DNA of 63,987 bases, filler included, from Octopus bimaculoides (taxonomy: Eukaryota), in assembly GCF_001194135.2 (NCBI RefSeq). It is 8 parts of 8 records of this genome, joined end to end, with 100 filler letters (N's around TTAATTAATTAA, not from the genome) between each part and the next. Parts side by side here need not be neighbours in the genome. Positions count along the whole stretch, not along the records: positions 1 to 20,545 come from NC_068987.1; positions 20,646 to 24,933 come from NC_068993.1; 6 more parts are not named here. The stretch is one strand, 5' to 3'. The stretch's first letter is position 1. Each line of letters begins with the position of its first letter. The notes below the pieces were generated by a model, which was given only the letters and a program-made list of their open reading frames with translations, had not been told where the DNA came from and searched no databases. The translations under genes were made by a program, and so were the position numbers. This document shows, piece after piece, positions 10,795 through 23,025 of the stretch.

Positions 10795-11989
10795 NNNNNN
10801 NNNNNNNNNNNNNNNNNNNNNNNNNNNNNNNNNNNNNNNNNNNNNNNNNNNNNNNNNNNNNNNNNNNNNNNNNNNNNNNNNNNNNNNNNNNNNNNNNNNN
10901 NNNNNNNNNNNNNNNNNNNNNNNNNNNNNNNNNNNNNNNNNNNNNNNNNNNNNNNNNNNNNNNNNNNNNNNNNNNNNNNNNNNNNNNNNNNNNNNNNNNN
11001 NNNNNNNNNNNNNNNNNNNNNNNNNNNNNNNNNNNNNNNNNNNNNNNNNNNNNNNNNNNNNNNNNNNNNNNNNNNNNNNNNNNNNNNNNNNNNNNNNNNN
11101 NNNNNNNNNNNNNNNNNNNNNNNNNNNNNNNNNNNNNNNNNNNNNNNNNNNNNNNNNNNNNNNNNNNNNNNNNNNNNNNNNNNNNNNNNNNNNNNNNNNN
11201 NNNNNNNNNNNNNNNNNNNNNNNNNNNNNNNNNNNNNNNNNNNNNNNNNNNNNNNNNNNNNNNNNNNNNNNNNNNNNNNNNNNNNNNNNNNNNNNNNNNN
11301 NNNNNNNNNNNNNNNNNNNNNNNNNNNNNNNNNNNNNNNNNNNNNNNNNNNNNNNNNNNNNNNNNNNNNNNNNNNNNNNNNNNNNNNNNNNNNNNNNNNN
11401 NNNNNNNNNNNNNNNNNNNNNNNNNNNNNNNNNNNNNNNNNNNNNNNNNNNNNNNNNNNNNNNNNNNNNNNNNNNNNNNNNNNNNNNNNNNNNNNNNNNN
11501 NNNNNNNNNNNNNNNNNNNNNNNNNNNNNNNNNNNNNNNNNNNNNNNNNNAATAGGGTAGCTTTTAAGTAAGCTCCTGTGGAGAGCTCTTCATTGGGCCT
11601 TGGGCCCAACAATGACACTTCGTGCATTAAGTACATATTAAATTTTATTAAACATGAACAATATTTTTCAAGCAATGAACAATTTTCATCAAAACAATGA
11701 TTTATCAACTTGGAATTTATTGCAAATCTGCATGATAAACATTTTTTGTCTTCCCATTCGGGGGTCAGTACAATTGTTTTTTTGTCTCTTTCTTTCTCTC
11801 TCTCTCTTTCTGTTGATTGTTTTCAACCATCACCATCACCAGTACCACCACCATCGCCACCACAACTCCCACACACACACCTTTCAGACTTCTGATGCCA
11901 CTACCATCAATATTTTTGACTTTGCCACCTTCCCCACCACCACTATCACCACTGTTTTTCACACCGCTTACTACCACTGTCATGCCCGA

Positions 11990-13800
11990 CCACCAGAATA
12001 TTGAAGCATTCAAGTGTGTCTTTCCTAGTCCAATATTTTCTTCCATGTAATATACTTGCAGCTAGGAAGACAGTAATATTACATGAAGGAAAAAATTGGA
12101 CTAGGAAAGAAACACCTGAATGCTTTCATATACCTATGGGTGCGGAAGATTCTGCTGAAGAAGTAACCGACTTAGTCGGGATATACCTACTGCAGAAATT
12201 TAAGGAAGAATTCCCAGTATTCGAAGGTGGATTACACCGGGATGACGCCCTATTCTTAGTCAAGAACACCTCAAATAGAAAATTAGAACTCTACAAAACA
12301 AAAAAAACTGCATACATTTTTTAAAAACCAAGGACTATTTCCATTGAAATAGATAACTCTGTTAACTTCCTTGACGTCAACTTCAACCTTAATACTTCTA
12401 CCTGCCAGCCTTACCATAAACCTAACACCAATATAACATACATAAATGCGTACAGCAACCATCCACACAACATTATAGAAAACCTGACCACTATTTTTGA
12501 GAGAAGAATAAATTTACTATCATCTAATGAAGAAATATTTAATAAACATAAGGACTGTTATAACCTAGCTTAAGAAGGCAAGATATAGATATGAAATTAA
12601 GTATAACAAAAACGACAACACTAATATAAATCATATTAAACATAATTACAAAAATAATAATGTTAAACTTAGTGAAACTAATACATATAATGAAATAGTA
12701 TATCCTAATAAACAAATAACGAAAATTCCCAATAATAGTCATAAACATAACATCAACAGTAAACACAACCATCATCATTATGATAACAATATAAAAAACT
12801 CAAGCATTACAAGCACCACAACAGGAATAAAACTCAGAAAAAGAATATAAATCTTAATAATTACCACTTTCCTAACCACACTAATGTAAACAAACCTATA
12901 AATACTGGCAACATACACCATAACTATATAATTAAAGATAAAAATAGGAAGATTAAGGCAACAAACAGAAAAAACAGGAATAATCAAAATAAGACAATTT
13001 ACGATAATGATATGTATAACCATAATACTCTAATTAATAAGGATAGGAAGAATATAGTAAAAAAGAAATCTATACCATGTATGAAAGATTTGACTCTGAA
13101 TACAACCCAATTCTTTATGAAAGCAAACAACGAGAAAACCATTTGGATAATTCCCTTTGCAAAACACTTAGAATTGAATTTTATTAAATCCATCAGAATA
13201 ATTATTAATAAAAACTTCAAAAACACTAAATACACAAAAATATTTAATAATAAACATATTAGATTTGGATTTTCAGCTTCACCTAATCTTTTTAGGATAA
13301 TATCTTCATTTAACAATAAGAAACTAGATCAATTCTATCAAAACAAAATTAACCATATAATCCTATAATTATCAATATCAATACTAATAATAACCACAAC
13401 TCTTATAATTCAACAAAACATACATATAACACTACTACACCACCCACAAATACAAATTGCAACTTCAGAGACCCTAATGCTTGTAAATTAGAAAGAAATT
13501 GTAAAAAGAAAGACGTTGTATACCAGGCAACAATTAAAACGCAGGACTTATTGAGATTTATATATACAAATTGAGTTAAATTGCGAATTTCGAACCACGA
13601 ATCCACCTTTAGGGACCATAGAAAAGAGAACAGTACTGGACTATCAAAAAAAACTTGGCAGCTCAAAAGAAACAATATTAATTTCTCAATTTCCTGGAAA
13701 ATTCTATCTTTAGCATCTTCTTACAGAAATAACAATAAAATTTGCAGATTATGTCTAGAAGAAAGCTGTAATATAATGAGAATGAATGGAAACACATGAT
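11990..13800 (+). mobile_element. 5'-truncated Penelope-like element (RT, Asn-rich linker, GIY-YIG), pseudogenised
   Basis: RT: FHIPMGAEDSAE...GLHRDDAL; thumb VNFLDVNFNL..QPYHKPN...SNHP; linker IWIIPF...KIFNNKH; endonuclease DVVYQATI...RISNHESTF...SWKIL...CRLCLEE. Confidence 0.9.
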
Positions 13801-13935
13801 CAAATTCCTATTCATTAATCTAAAATAACTATTTACTACCTTATTTCTTAGTTTGAAATATTTTTAAAAAAATCATATTGTATTCTCCCTTATTACTCAA
13901 TATAGAATCTTTTCCTATCCCCATTGTATTACTGT

Positions 13936-14937
13936 AACATAAATTCCCTTTATATACTTTATTTTAATATTTCCTTTATGATAACTGAAGAACCTTCTAT
14001 ATGTAGGACCATTATACAAACTATGTTTCTATACTTTTTCCCTCATATGCTTGGATATATGAACTTATACCTATCTATTTTCTTATTTACTCCTATGCTT
14101 TTGCACATATGCGTGTATGTGTGCTGTCTATATGCTTACATATGTATGTGTATTTGTACATGCAAACATGTGAGTATATACACCCATTATGTGTGTATAT
14201 ATATATACATATATCTATATGCAGACGTTTATGTGTGTTGTATGCTCATTCATATGGATATATGTAAGATACACCATCTTGTGCATGTAGATTTTTTTGT
14301 ATAACTATGTATTTGTATTTGAGTATACATAAAGATTTCTACTTATATGTATACTCTTATNNNNNNNNNNNNNNNNNNNNNNNNNNNNNNNNNNNNNNNN
14401 NNNNNNNNNNNNNNNNNNNNNNNNNNNNNNNNNNNNNNNNNNNNNNNNNNNNNNNNNNNNNNNNNNNNNNNNNNNNNNNNNNNNNNNNNNNNNNNNNNNN
14501 NNNNNNNNNNNNNNNNNNNNNNNNNNNNNNNNNNNNNNNNNNNNNNNNNNNNNNNNNNNNNNNNNNNNNNNNNNNNNNNNNNNNNNNNNNNNNNNNNNNN
14601 NNNNNNNNNNNNNNNNNNNNNNNNNNNNNNNNNNNNNNNNNNNNNNNNNNNNNNNNNNNNNNNNNNNNNNNNNNNNNNNNNNNNNNNNNNNNNNNNNNNN
14701 NNNNNNNNNNAACATAAATTCCCTTTATATACTTTATTTTAATATTTCCTTTATGATAACTGAAGAACCTTCTATATGTAGGACCATTATACAAACTATG
14801 TTTCTATACTTTTTCCCTCATATGCTTGGATATATGAACTTATACCTATCTATTTTCTTATTTACTCCTATGCTTTTGCACATATGCGTGTATGTGTGCT
14901 GTCTATATGCTTACATATGTATGTGTATTTGTACATG
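13936..14937 (+). repeat. Identical 227-bp direct repeat flanking a gap
   Basis: 13936-14162 equals 14711-14937 by eye. The second copy starts exactly at the gap edge. Confidence 0.85.
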
Positions 14938-15899
14938 TATATGCATGTGTATATAGTGTGTATGTAAATGTATATATTTGTGTATCTATATGCTTATATG
15001 TGTATGTATGCATATACATCCACTCTACTACATATATGATAAGTATTTATCCTATAATTTTGTAACTTTATATGTACCACTACATGTATCTATCTACTCA
15101 TAGATCATAATAATAATTTTTAATATCTTTACATGCATTGGACCTATATAATATGTATTTTTATTCCTTACGGTCATATATAGCCATACCCTATCCTTCT
15201 CACATAATACTCAGCAAGAATAATACACTTGACATAATTTTTTATATATACAAAATATTCCTTTTTTATAGCATTATCCAACACATTCAATTCCTTGATC
15301 ATTAATCACTCTTTCTTTTATTTTTAACGATCACTTCTCTCATTACATCCCATACTTGATCTTTATTATTATTTTTTCTTCCTATTTATCTCCCCTATGC
15401 TAGTAAAATTTCGTTTCCTTTTCACCCTCTCTAATCTATTACCTTATTGCTTCTATATTTCTCTTCTTACTACGTCTCCTAAAATGTTCTCTTATCTCTA
15501 TTCTTAACAATAGACTTCATAAGTAAAATACAATCTTAATCATCATATTTCCATTTGAATTACCACTTTTCCTCATTTTCTCCTTTATTATACTTCCATG
15601 CTACCTTAATACAGATCTTGAGTGAGCAAGAATCCTTAATCCACTTCCACTTCATTCTTTTTAATTCCTCTTCCTCCCCCTGTATTTTCATAAAGGACTT
15701 CATTAACTTTCTAGTATAAGCTTTACAAACATATTTTTTAATGCTAAACTTTGTTCATCTGTTTCTGGTTTTTTATACAAAAAAAAAATACCAAGTATTG
15801 TTTTTAACAGTTAAATTTAATTTATATTAGGTAATGTTTTCTCACTGGACATTTCTCTTACTTGCCCTATGCAGCATATATGAAGATTTAATTAGCAAA

Positions 15900-16050
15900 T
15901 CTATACTAATCTATAGAGAGGGTGTTATTGATATCTTTATATTTATATCAGCCCTAACTGTTCATCCATTAGTTGTGGTTTAATAATTGACATGACAATA
16001 AAAAAAACTATGCCATTTTAATCCCAAGCAACGCTGGGTATTTCTGCTAG
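15900..16050 (+). mobile_element. Short non-autonomous Helitron
   Basis: 5' A|TCTATACTAAT; subterminal hairpin CCCAAGC-AAC-GCTGGG (16023-16038); 3' CTAG|T (16047-16051). No TSD, as expected for Helitrons. Confidence 0.7.
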
Positions 16051-16610
16051 TATCTAATATAATATCTATGTCAGATTTACATGCACCATATCTAATGCTG
16101 TACAAGAGAGAAGATAATGTAATTTTATGCAGTGATTTTTTTTCTTGGTAGGGTAGGGACTGTGAGAATTAAAAATGGCAGACAAATTACTGTGTTTAAT
16201 ACCATTAAGATGGTTTTTAAAAAATATTAAACTTGTCTAACACCATGGTAAAGAGAAGTCACAAGGATACTAACTTTGTTGTCTTCTTAAAAGAAGAGAA
16301 ATTTTTTTTTACCAATTCTAATTAGTGGGGATGGCATTGTCAGTTTGAGAACTGCTAACTTAATGGATGTGTATGTGTGTGTGTGTGTGTGATTATTCAG
16401 TTTTATTTCAAGATTTTCTGCCAATAGAGAAAGAGCTGGTTTCTAATCTAGATCCAACATTGGAATCTCAACAATATCGAAAGCTTATTTTTGTATGTAT
16501 GTGTGAATATGTGCAGTATTTGGAGTTAGTGTATGTGCAGATTTGTATGTTTTGTTTTATGTATGTATTCTCATGCATATAATTGCATGTCTCAACATGC
16601 ATATATATAC

Positions 16611-17684
16611 TTAAATGATAAACTTCTGGAAAGTTTTACAGATTTTTACTGTTACAGTGATAGCTTGACTCTATAATCTTTGAATCAGCTTTCTCCTCTC
16701 TGGTTTTGAGAAGCCTCGACCCAATAATTACAGGTATAAACCAGAACTTGTAATCTGGGTAGAGTAACTGTAGATTTTTCAACAGTTAAGTGTATTTTCT
16801 TTCTTACTGATTTTTAGCTTTATGTTAACATCTGCTGGGCAGCTGACTTACACAAATCACTATATCAGGTTTATTATGTTTACATTTTACTGAGGTTTTC
16901 ACTTGGATATTCCACCAGTACTCCTCTTTATTATGAGTGGCTATAGCTTCTACCATACTGTGGGTTCTTATTTCTTTAGCCTCAGAGTTATCCTTCTAAT
17001 GGATCTCATTATACAGTGTCTTAGCTACATCATGTCTCATCAGTAGACAATAGTGTGATGAGATTTTTGAACAATTACTTATGATATGGAGATACTACTA
17101 GTCTGGTTTACAGTTTTCCTTCTTTTCACAACCATATTGCAACATTTATCTTGATCAAACTCAAACTCTGCATCCTTTGAGAATGTTGTAACCAGATGAA
17201 GGCTATCTTTCATCTCATGCATATTCTTGGCATATAGTTTCAAGTCATCCACAAAGAAACATTATGGAATTTTGGTATTTCTGTTTCCTTGTGAACCAGT
17301 GAGATACCCTTCAGACTTCCTTGGCATGAACAACAAGGGGTTTACAGAAAGTATAAACAGCATCACAGAAAGGCTATCTCCTTGGAATATACCTCTGTGA
17401 TACTGTATTCTGTCAGTGATTACAGAATTGCTTGTACTTAACTTCAAGATGGTGGCTAGCAATGAAGTCAGGTCAGCTATGGCTTTAACTATGCTCACTG
17501 GAACCTTAGCAAGTTGAAGGGCTTCTAGCCTCCATGAATGGGGGACAGAGTCAAAGGCTTGCATGTATGTATGTGTGTGTGTGTGTGTCTGTAAATGCCT
17601 ATGCTTATATACATATATTATATCATACCTTGATAAGTAGACTGAGATCCCCATTAATAGGCTACTGATATTAATCAAAGTCAT
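16611..17684 (-). mobile_element. R4/Dong-like non-LTR retrotransposon with restriction-like endonuclease, internally deleted
   Basis: RT: AFDSVPHSW...GIFQGDSLS...DDLKLY; knuckle tail CSKISSHY...RHDVAK; RLE: YWWN...KPDIVI...SCPADVNI...LYPDYKF..PVIIG...VKICKTFQKF. Confidence 0.8.
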
Positions 17685-17982
17685 GTCTCAGTTCTCTGAA
17701 ACTACTAGAGCTATATATATAAACAGATTGGCTACATATTTCTCTAGGATTGGTCAAGTGATGTATATACCTGTTGAGAACTCAATAAAGTTTGAAAATC
17801 AATTAAGACTATTTGTCCATTTTTTTTTTTCTATCTTTGGAGAAACAGTTAAATTTGCCACATTTGTATGTTTGCCACATTTGTAGGTTGATATGTATGG
17901 TAAAGACAGTTCTGCAGTTTCTTGCTGAACAATCAGCACAGATGATTTGTTTATAGTGATCAAATGTTTGTGTCACATATTA

Positions 17983-18642
17983 GTCACACCTAATGACTAG
18001 TGTAGCAGCACCATAGTCAACTGCTTCAAAGGTAAAGGTGATGCCTTAGGTAAAAATAATTACATAGGTATTAAATTGTTGGATCAGGTGATGAAAGTTA
18101 CAGAGAGGGTCATAGCCCAACTAATTAGGGAGTGAGTTAGTTTAGATGAGATGCAGTTTGGGTTTGACCCAGGGAGAAGCACCATTCATGCTATATTTCT
18201 GGTAAGACAGCTGCAGGAGAAATTCCTAGCTAAAGATAAACCTCTGTTCTTAGCTTTTGTTGACATGGAGAAAGCCTTTGACAGGGTCTCCCGATCTCTT
18301 ATCTGGTGGTCAATGTGGAAACTAGGGATAGATGAATGGTTGGTAAGAACTGTACAAGCCATGTACAGGGATGCTGTCCATAAGGTGAGGGTTGGCAACG
18401 AGTATAGTGAAGAATTCTGGGTAGAAGTAGGGGTTCACCAAGGATCAGTTCTTAGCCCCCTCTTATTCATCATAGTCCTCCAGGTAATAACAGAGGAATT
18501 TAAGACTGACTGCCCCTGGGAGCTCCTCTATGCCGATGACCTTGCTCTAATAGCTGAGTCACTACCAGAACTAGAGAAGAAATTTCGGGTGTGGAAGCAA
18601 GGTCTAGAATCGAAGGGCCTTGGAGTTAACCTAGCAAAAACC
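17983..18642 (+). pseudogene. RTE-clade reverse transcriptase (5' part)
   Basis: QFGF.PGRST...FVDMEKAFDRV...GVHQGSVLSPLLF...LLYADDL...VNLAKT. Confidence 0.95.
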
Positions 18643-19207
18643 AATTTTTCTCTCAGGGCACTTACACTTTGTCATGTATGCACACTGATATTACACATCC
18701 AGCGGAGCATACAAGCTTCATTTCTTGCAAGCTTACACGTCCTCAGCTGTCATGGCCCATGTTTCACTGCTGTCTAGCATGGCTGTTCGCACACATGCAT
18801 CATACAATCTACCTTTCACTCTGAGCGAGAAGCCCTTTGTTACCAGCAGAGGTAGTAGCTTTCTGAACTTTGCCAAAGCTATTCTAGCAGCTACACTCTC
18901 AGAGCAACCACCCCCACTACTGATTTGGTCACCTAGGTAATGGAAGCTATCAACTACTTCTAATTTTTGCCCCCTGGCATGTGTTGGAAGTTGTTTTTTG
19001 CATATTTTCAGTGTTTATTGCTCCTGAGCATTTGCCACAAACAAAAACTATCTTCACAGTTAGCCTTCCTTTGATATTGCTGCACCTCTTATGTGCCCAT
19101 AGCTTACACTGGATACATCTTATGGCGTTTTTACATATGCCTTTTCTACAGATCAAGCAGGGCCATCTACCTGAAGGGATTTGTGATTTGTCTGTCTTCC
19201 TACTTAT
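18643..19207 (-). pseudogene. Inverted continuation of the same RTE ORF, including a PHD-like finger
   Basis: Minus strand: SRKTDKSQIPSGRWPCLICRKG...CIQCKLWAHKRCS...CGKC...YLGDQIS...KGRLYDACVRT...LREKL. Confidence 0.85.
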
Positions 19208-19271
19208 ATATATGTGAGAGATAAGGTGTCTGCGGCCATGTTATCGGAACCTTTAATGTACCGAATGTCAG

Positions 19272-20545
19272 TTGAATATTGCTTTTAAAATGAAGAATGA
19301 CCGACATTCTCCGAGAGAAATCCGTCACCTTGATTTCATCTCTCAATATTCAACCGACATTCGGTACGTTAAAGGTTCTGATAACATGGCCACAGACACC
19401 TTGTCCTGCACCCACTTTAATGCACGGTATACTTCGGAACGGATTGAGTTACAGCAGATCGCAGTGGACCAAGAGGACGATGAAGAACTTAATAAGTTAC
19501 GAAATTCATCGTCCCTCAAATTCCAACTCTGCCCACTATCTTCTTCAACCGGTCAAATATGGTGTGATGTTTCCACAGGACATGAGCACCCATACGTCCC
19601 CAAACAACACAGACAGAAAATTTTCACTGCCTTACACGGTTTGTCACATCCTGGCATTCGTCCCACACAGAGGATGATAGCAACTCGCTTTGTGTGGACG
19701 AACATCAATAAAGACATCCGCGACTGGGTTAAAAGTTGCGTTGCATGTCAAAAGGCAAAAGTACACAGACATGTCAAGTCACCCCTTGGTAATTTTACAG
19801 TACCAGACAGTCGTTTCCAACACATACACATAGACATCGTTGGACCTCTACCTCCGTCTCACAACTATACACATCTACTCACTTGTATCGACCGCTTTTC
19901 ACGATGGCCCGAAGCTTTCCCTTTCTCTGATACCACAGCAGAAACCGTGGCTAAAGGGCTGATATGGTATCGCATTTCGGTATCCCTGCTATCATCACAA
20001 CAGACAGAGGAAGACAATTTGACTGCCACCTTTTCAGCAAGCTTACTCGACTCATCCGTTCCAAACACTGTCGCACTACAGCATACCATCCAGCAGCAAA
20101 CGGCATGGTGGAGAGATTCCACAGGCAACTGAACTCAGCCATACGGGCATACCCTGACGTAAACAGTTGGATAGACTTCCTTCCATTAATCCTGCTTGGT
20201 ATCCATACATCCGTCAAGGATGAGATTGGATACTCACCAGCAGAACTCATTTACGGCACCACATTAACACTGCCTGGACAAATGATTGCTCCAGTAATTC
20301 CACAGGATATCCCAGATCCCACAACATATGTGCATCGCCTACGTGCACATATGTCACAGCTGTCACCAAAGCCACCTCGCCCACAGGAAACTGATACATA
20401 TGTCCCCACAGACATTAATCAATGGACACACGTGTTTGTTAGAAATGATGGAATACCAGCACGAATCTGCCCACCGTATTCTGGCCCTTACAAAGTACTG
20501 CAAAAACGGGAGAAATACTTTGTTGTCGATGTAAATGGTAAACAG
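19272..20545 (+). pseudogene. Ty3/Gypsy pol fragment (RNase H end plus integrase), one frameshift
   Basis: SPREIRHLDFISQY; HHCC domain HGLSHPG...CVAC; DDE core HIDIVG / TTDRG / MVER; GPY motif PPYSGPYKV. Frameshift near 19965; cut by a spacer. Confidence 0.95.
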
Positions 20546-20645
20546 NNNNNNNNNNNNNNNNNNNNNNNNNNNNNNNNNNNNNNNNNNNNTTAATTAATTA
20601 ANNNNNNNNNNNNNNNNNNNNNNNNNNNNNNNNNNNNNNNNNNNN
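20546..20645. other. Artificial 100-bp assembly spacer (44N-TTAATTAATTAA-44N), one of seven
   Basis: Identical layout at 24934-25033, 31046-31145, 45615-45714, 54100-54199, 56163-56262 and 61914-62013. The 12-mer encodes stops in all six frames. Confidence 0.97.
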
Positions 20646-20774
20646 ATATATATATTATAATTATATACATAATTATATCAACGGCTTGGCTTGTGCCTCA
20701 CCACGCACTGAAAAATAGACGTAAAAAGACACTATTGCCATCATAAATTCTCTCTTATATAAACATAAGTGAAT

Positions 20775-21096
20775 GTGCGTGGCTTAGAGGTTAGGGGCAT
20801 TTATTCGGTTCATCATCGTAAGGTCTTTAGTTCGATACCTAGTGGTGCGTTGTGTCCTTGAGCAAAACACTTTATTCCACGGTGATCCAGTTCCCTCAGC
20901 TGGCAAAAATGAGCTGTACCTGTATTTCAAAGAGCCAACCTTGCCTCAGTTTGTGTCACACTGAATCTCCGTGAGAACTACGTTAAGTTACGCTTGTTTG
21001 TGGAGTGCTCAGCCACTCGCACGTTCATTTTACGAGCAAGCTGTTCCGTTGATCGGATCTACTAGAACACTCGTTGTCATAAACGACGGAGTGCCA
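20775..21096 (+). mobile_element. tRNA-derived SINE with CORE-like body
   Basis: A-box TGGCTTAGAGG (20780-20790), B-box GTTCGATACC (20830-20839), then tgtgtccttgagcaaaacact. Confidence 0.8.
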
Positions 21097-22024
21097 GTTT
21101 AACTGGTCGAAGTTCATTTGAATAGTAATTCATATTGTTTCATTTTTCCCATACTTTGCTAATTAAGAACATGGCACCGACGAAACTAGCGATTATCTGA
21201 ATCGACAAAATTCGTTTACGGGAGACAAATCTCTAACAAAGAGCTAAGTATCAAATATAAGGCTTTTCGGCTACCTCCAACATATGAACTCATTCCAGTT
21301 TATAAAGCATACTTACACCATATGTAATAGGGAAAATCATAGATAACATAAATGGGCTTATTCCTTGACTATTTTCAATCAATCAGACCATTTCTTTTCA
21401 GCGTGGATTGACCTTATAAACAGACTGGTTGAACCTACTAACCATCATTAAGGATTATAGCTTCTCGCTAACAATTCAAAGTGTATCTCTGTATCTACAC
21501 GATCTCATGCCGCTTGGAATCGACGTTCTTCTAAATACACACATGCATAATGACACACGCATATTGACTCACACACATTATGATAAGACATACAAATCAT
21601 TTTATGCTTGTATCAATTGTTCTTTGAAATATTGTCTAGAATATTTATTTATTTCATATTACTTTTCTTATGAACATTTGTATTCTTAAGAACTCTGTCG
21701 CATTCTGGTGAATGCAAATAAACTTTTGTCTCCTATAGACATTATCTAATTCAACATTTTGCTACCAATTGCTATTATTTTCTGTTAACTCCATCACATA
21801 TTATAAATTGTTATTTTTTTTTCTTTTAAATATTTCCATAACACGGCCATTTCATATGAACATCCATTTTTGTTACACACTATATTATATCAATCTATTC
21901 TTATAATTGTATTTTATTTTCTATTTTTTCTACTGTTTAGATCCGTTATGATTAACATATTCTTCGTAACGGAATTAAAAATAACTTTTTATACATGAAT
22001 CATTCTCATTGTAATCTCTGCTAT

Positions 22025-22300
22025 ATCTCTGGAGCCATCACCTTCATCCATTTACATTACATACTCAACAACTTTCAGACTACCGTCATTTTAATCGAAA
22101 TACATTAACGTTAACTAAAACATTTAAACAGCAGACGACAGAAATAATGAGTCATCCATCTTCTCCTACATCTCTAGAGCCAACATTTTCATTCATTTAC
22201 ATTACATACTCAACAAGTTTCTTACGGCAGTCATTTCCATCGAAATACGTAAACTTTTAAACTTTTAACGAAGCATTTAAACAGCAGATGACAGAAATAC
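22025..22300 (+). repeat. Diverged tandem duplication, period ~145 bp
   Basis: atctct.gagcca...catttacattacatactcaa...catttaaacagcaga.gacagaaata occurs twice (starting 22025 and 22170). Confidence 0.8.
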
Positions 22301-22654
22301 TAATTCAACTATGTTCGTTGTCGTAATACTTTGATCTGTGAGTAACATTATTATTCTTAGCATATTACGTGACATTATATCTAAGTTTATCGTCTTCGGG
22401 GATAGGAGATATTCTAAATATTTCATAACACAAATTTGTGACTAATCAAACATTGGCTCGAACTGTCGTAGGCGCAGGCATGTGGTTAAGAAGTTCGTTT
22501 AGCAACCACGTGAGTGAATTTTGTTGACGAAATAGAGGGGAAGCCTGTCGTAGTGTATGTATGTTTGTATGTATGTATTACGTACGTGTGTGTGTGTGTG
22601 TGTGTGTGTGTCCGGCCATGCTCGTTTTCAGATTTTCAGACCTTTTAGTTGGCC

Positions 22655-23025
22655 CTTGTTTCATACGTTCTGAATGATATGAAGCTTTCCTTTCATAAGT
22701 CCTAAGTTACTCTGGTGGTGGTCAAAAAAAAATATAGGGAATGTGTATCAAATATGATGCAAGTACACCGGGAAAATATGTCATGAATATCACACGTGAT
22801 GCACAAGACAGTTAAAAGGCTAAACACAATACTACTGTGTCGAATCATCTCTCTCTCAATTTCTTGTTTCATACATTCTAAGTAATATAAAGCTTTCCTT
22901 CCATAAACCTCAACTTACTCTGGTGGTTGAAGAGCAAAATTAGGAATGTATATCATATACAATGCATAGACACCAAGGAAATATAATTTGTGTATGACGT
23001 GATGCACAGGGCAGACAAAAGGCAT
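22655..23025 (+). repeat. Diverged tandem duplication, period ~208 bp
   Basis: cttgtttcatac...aagctttcctt...ttactctggtggt...cgtgatgcaca...aaaaggc occurs twice (starting 22655 and 22863). Confidence 0.75.

Noticed and set aside
1956-16050. One giant Helitron that captured 14 kb
   Set aside because: A closer canonical 5' end at 15900 explains the 3' terminus, and several gaps intervene.
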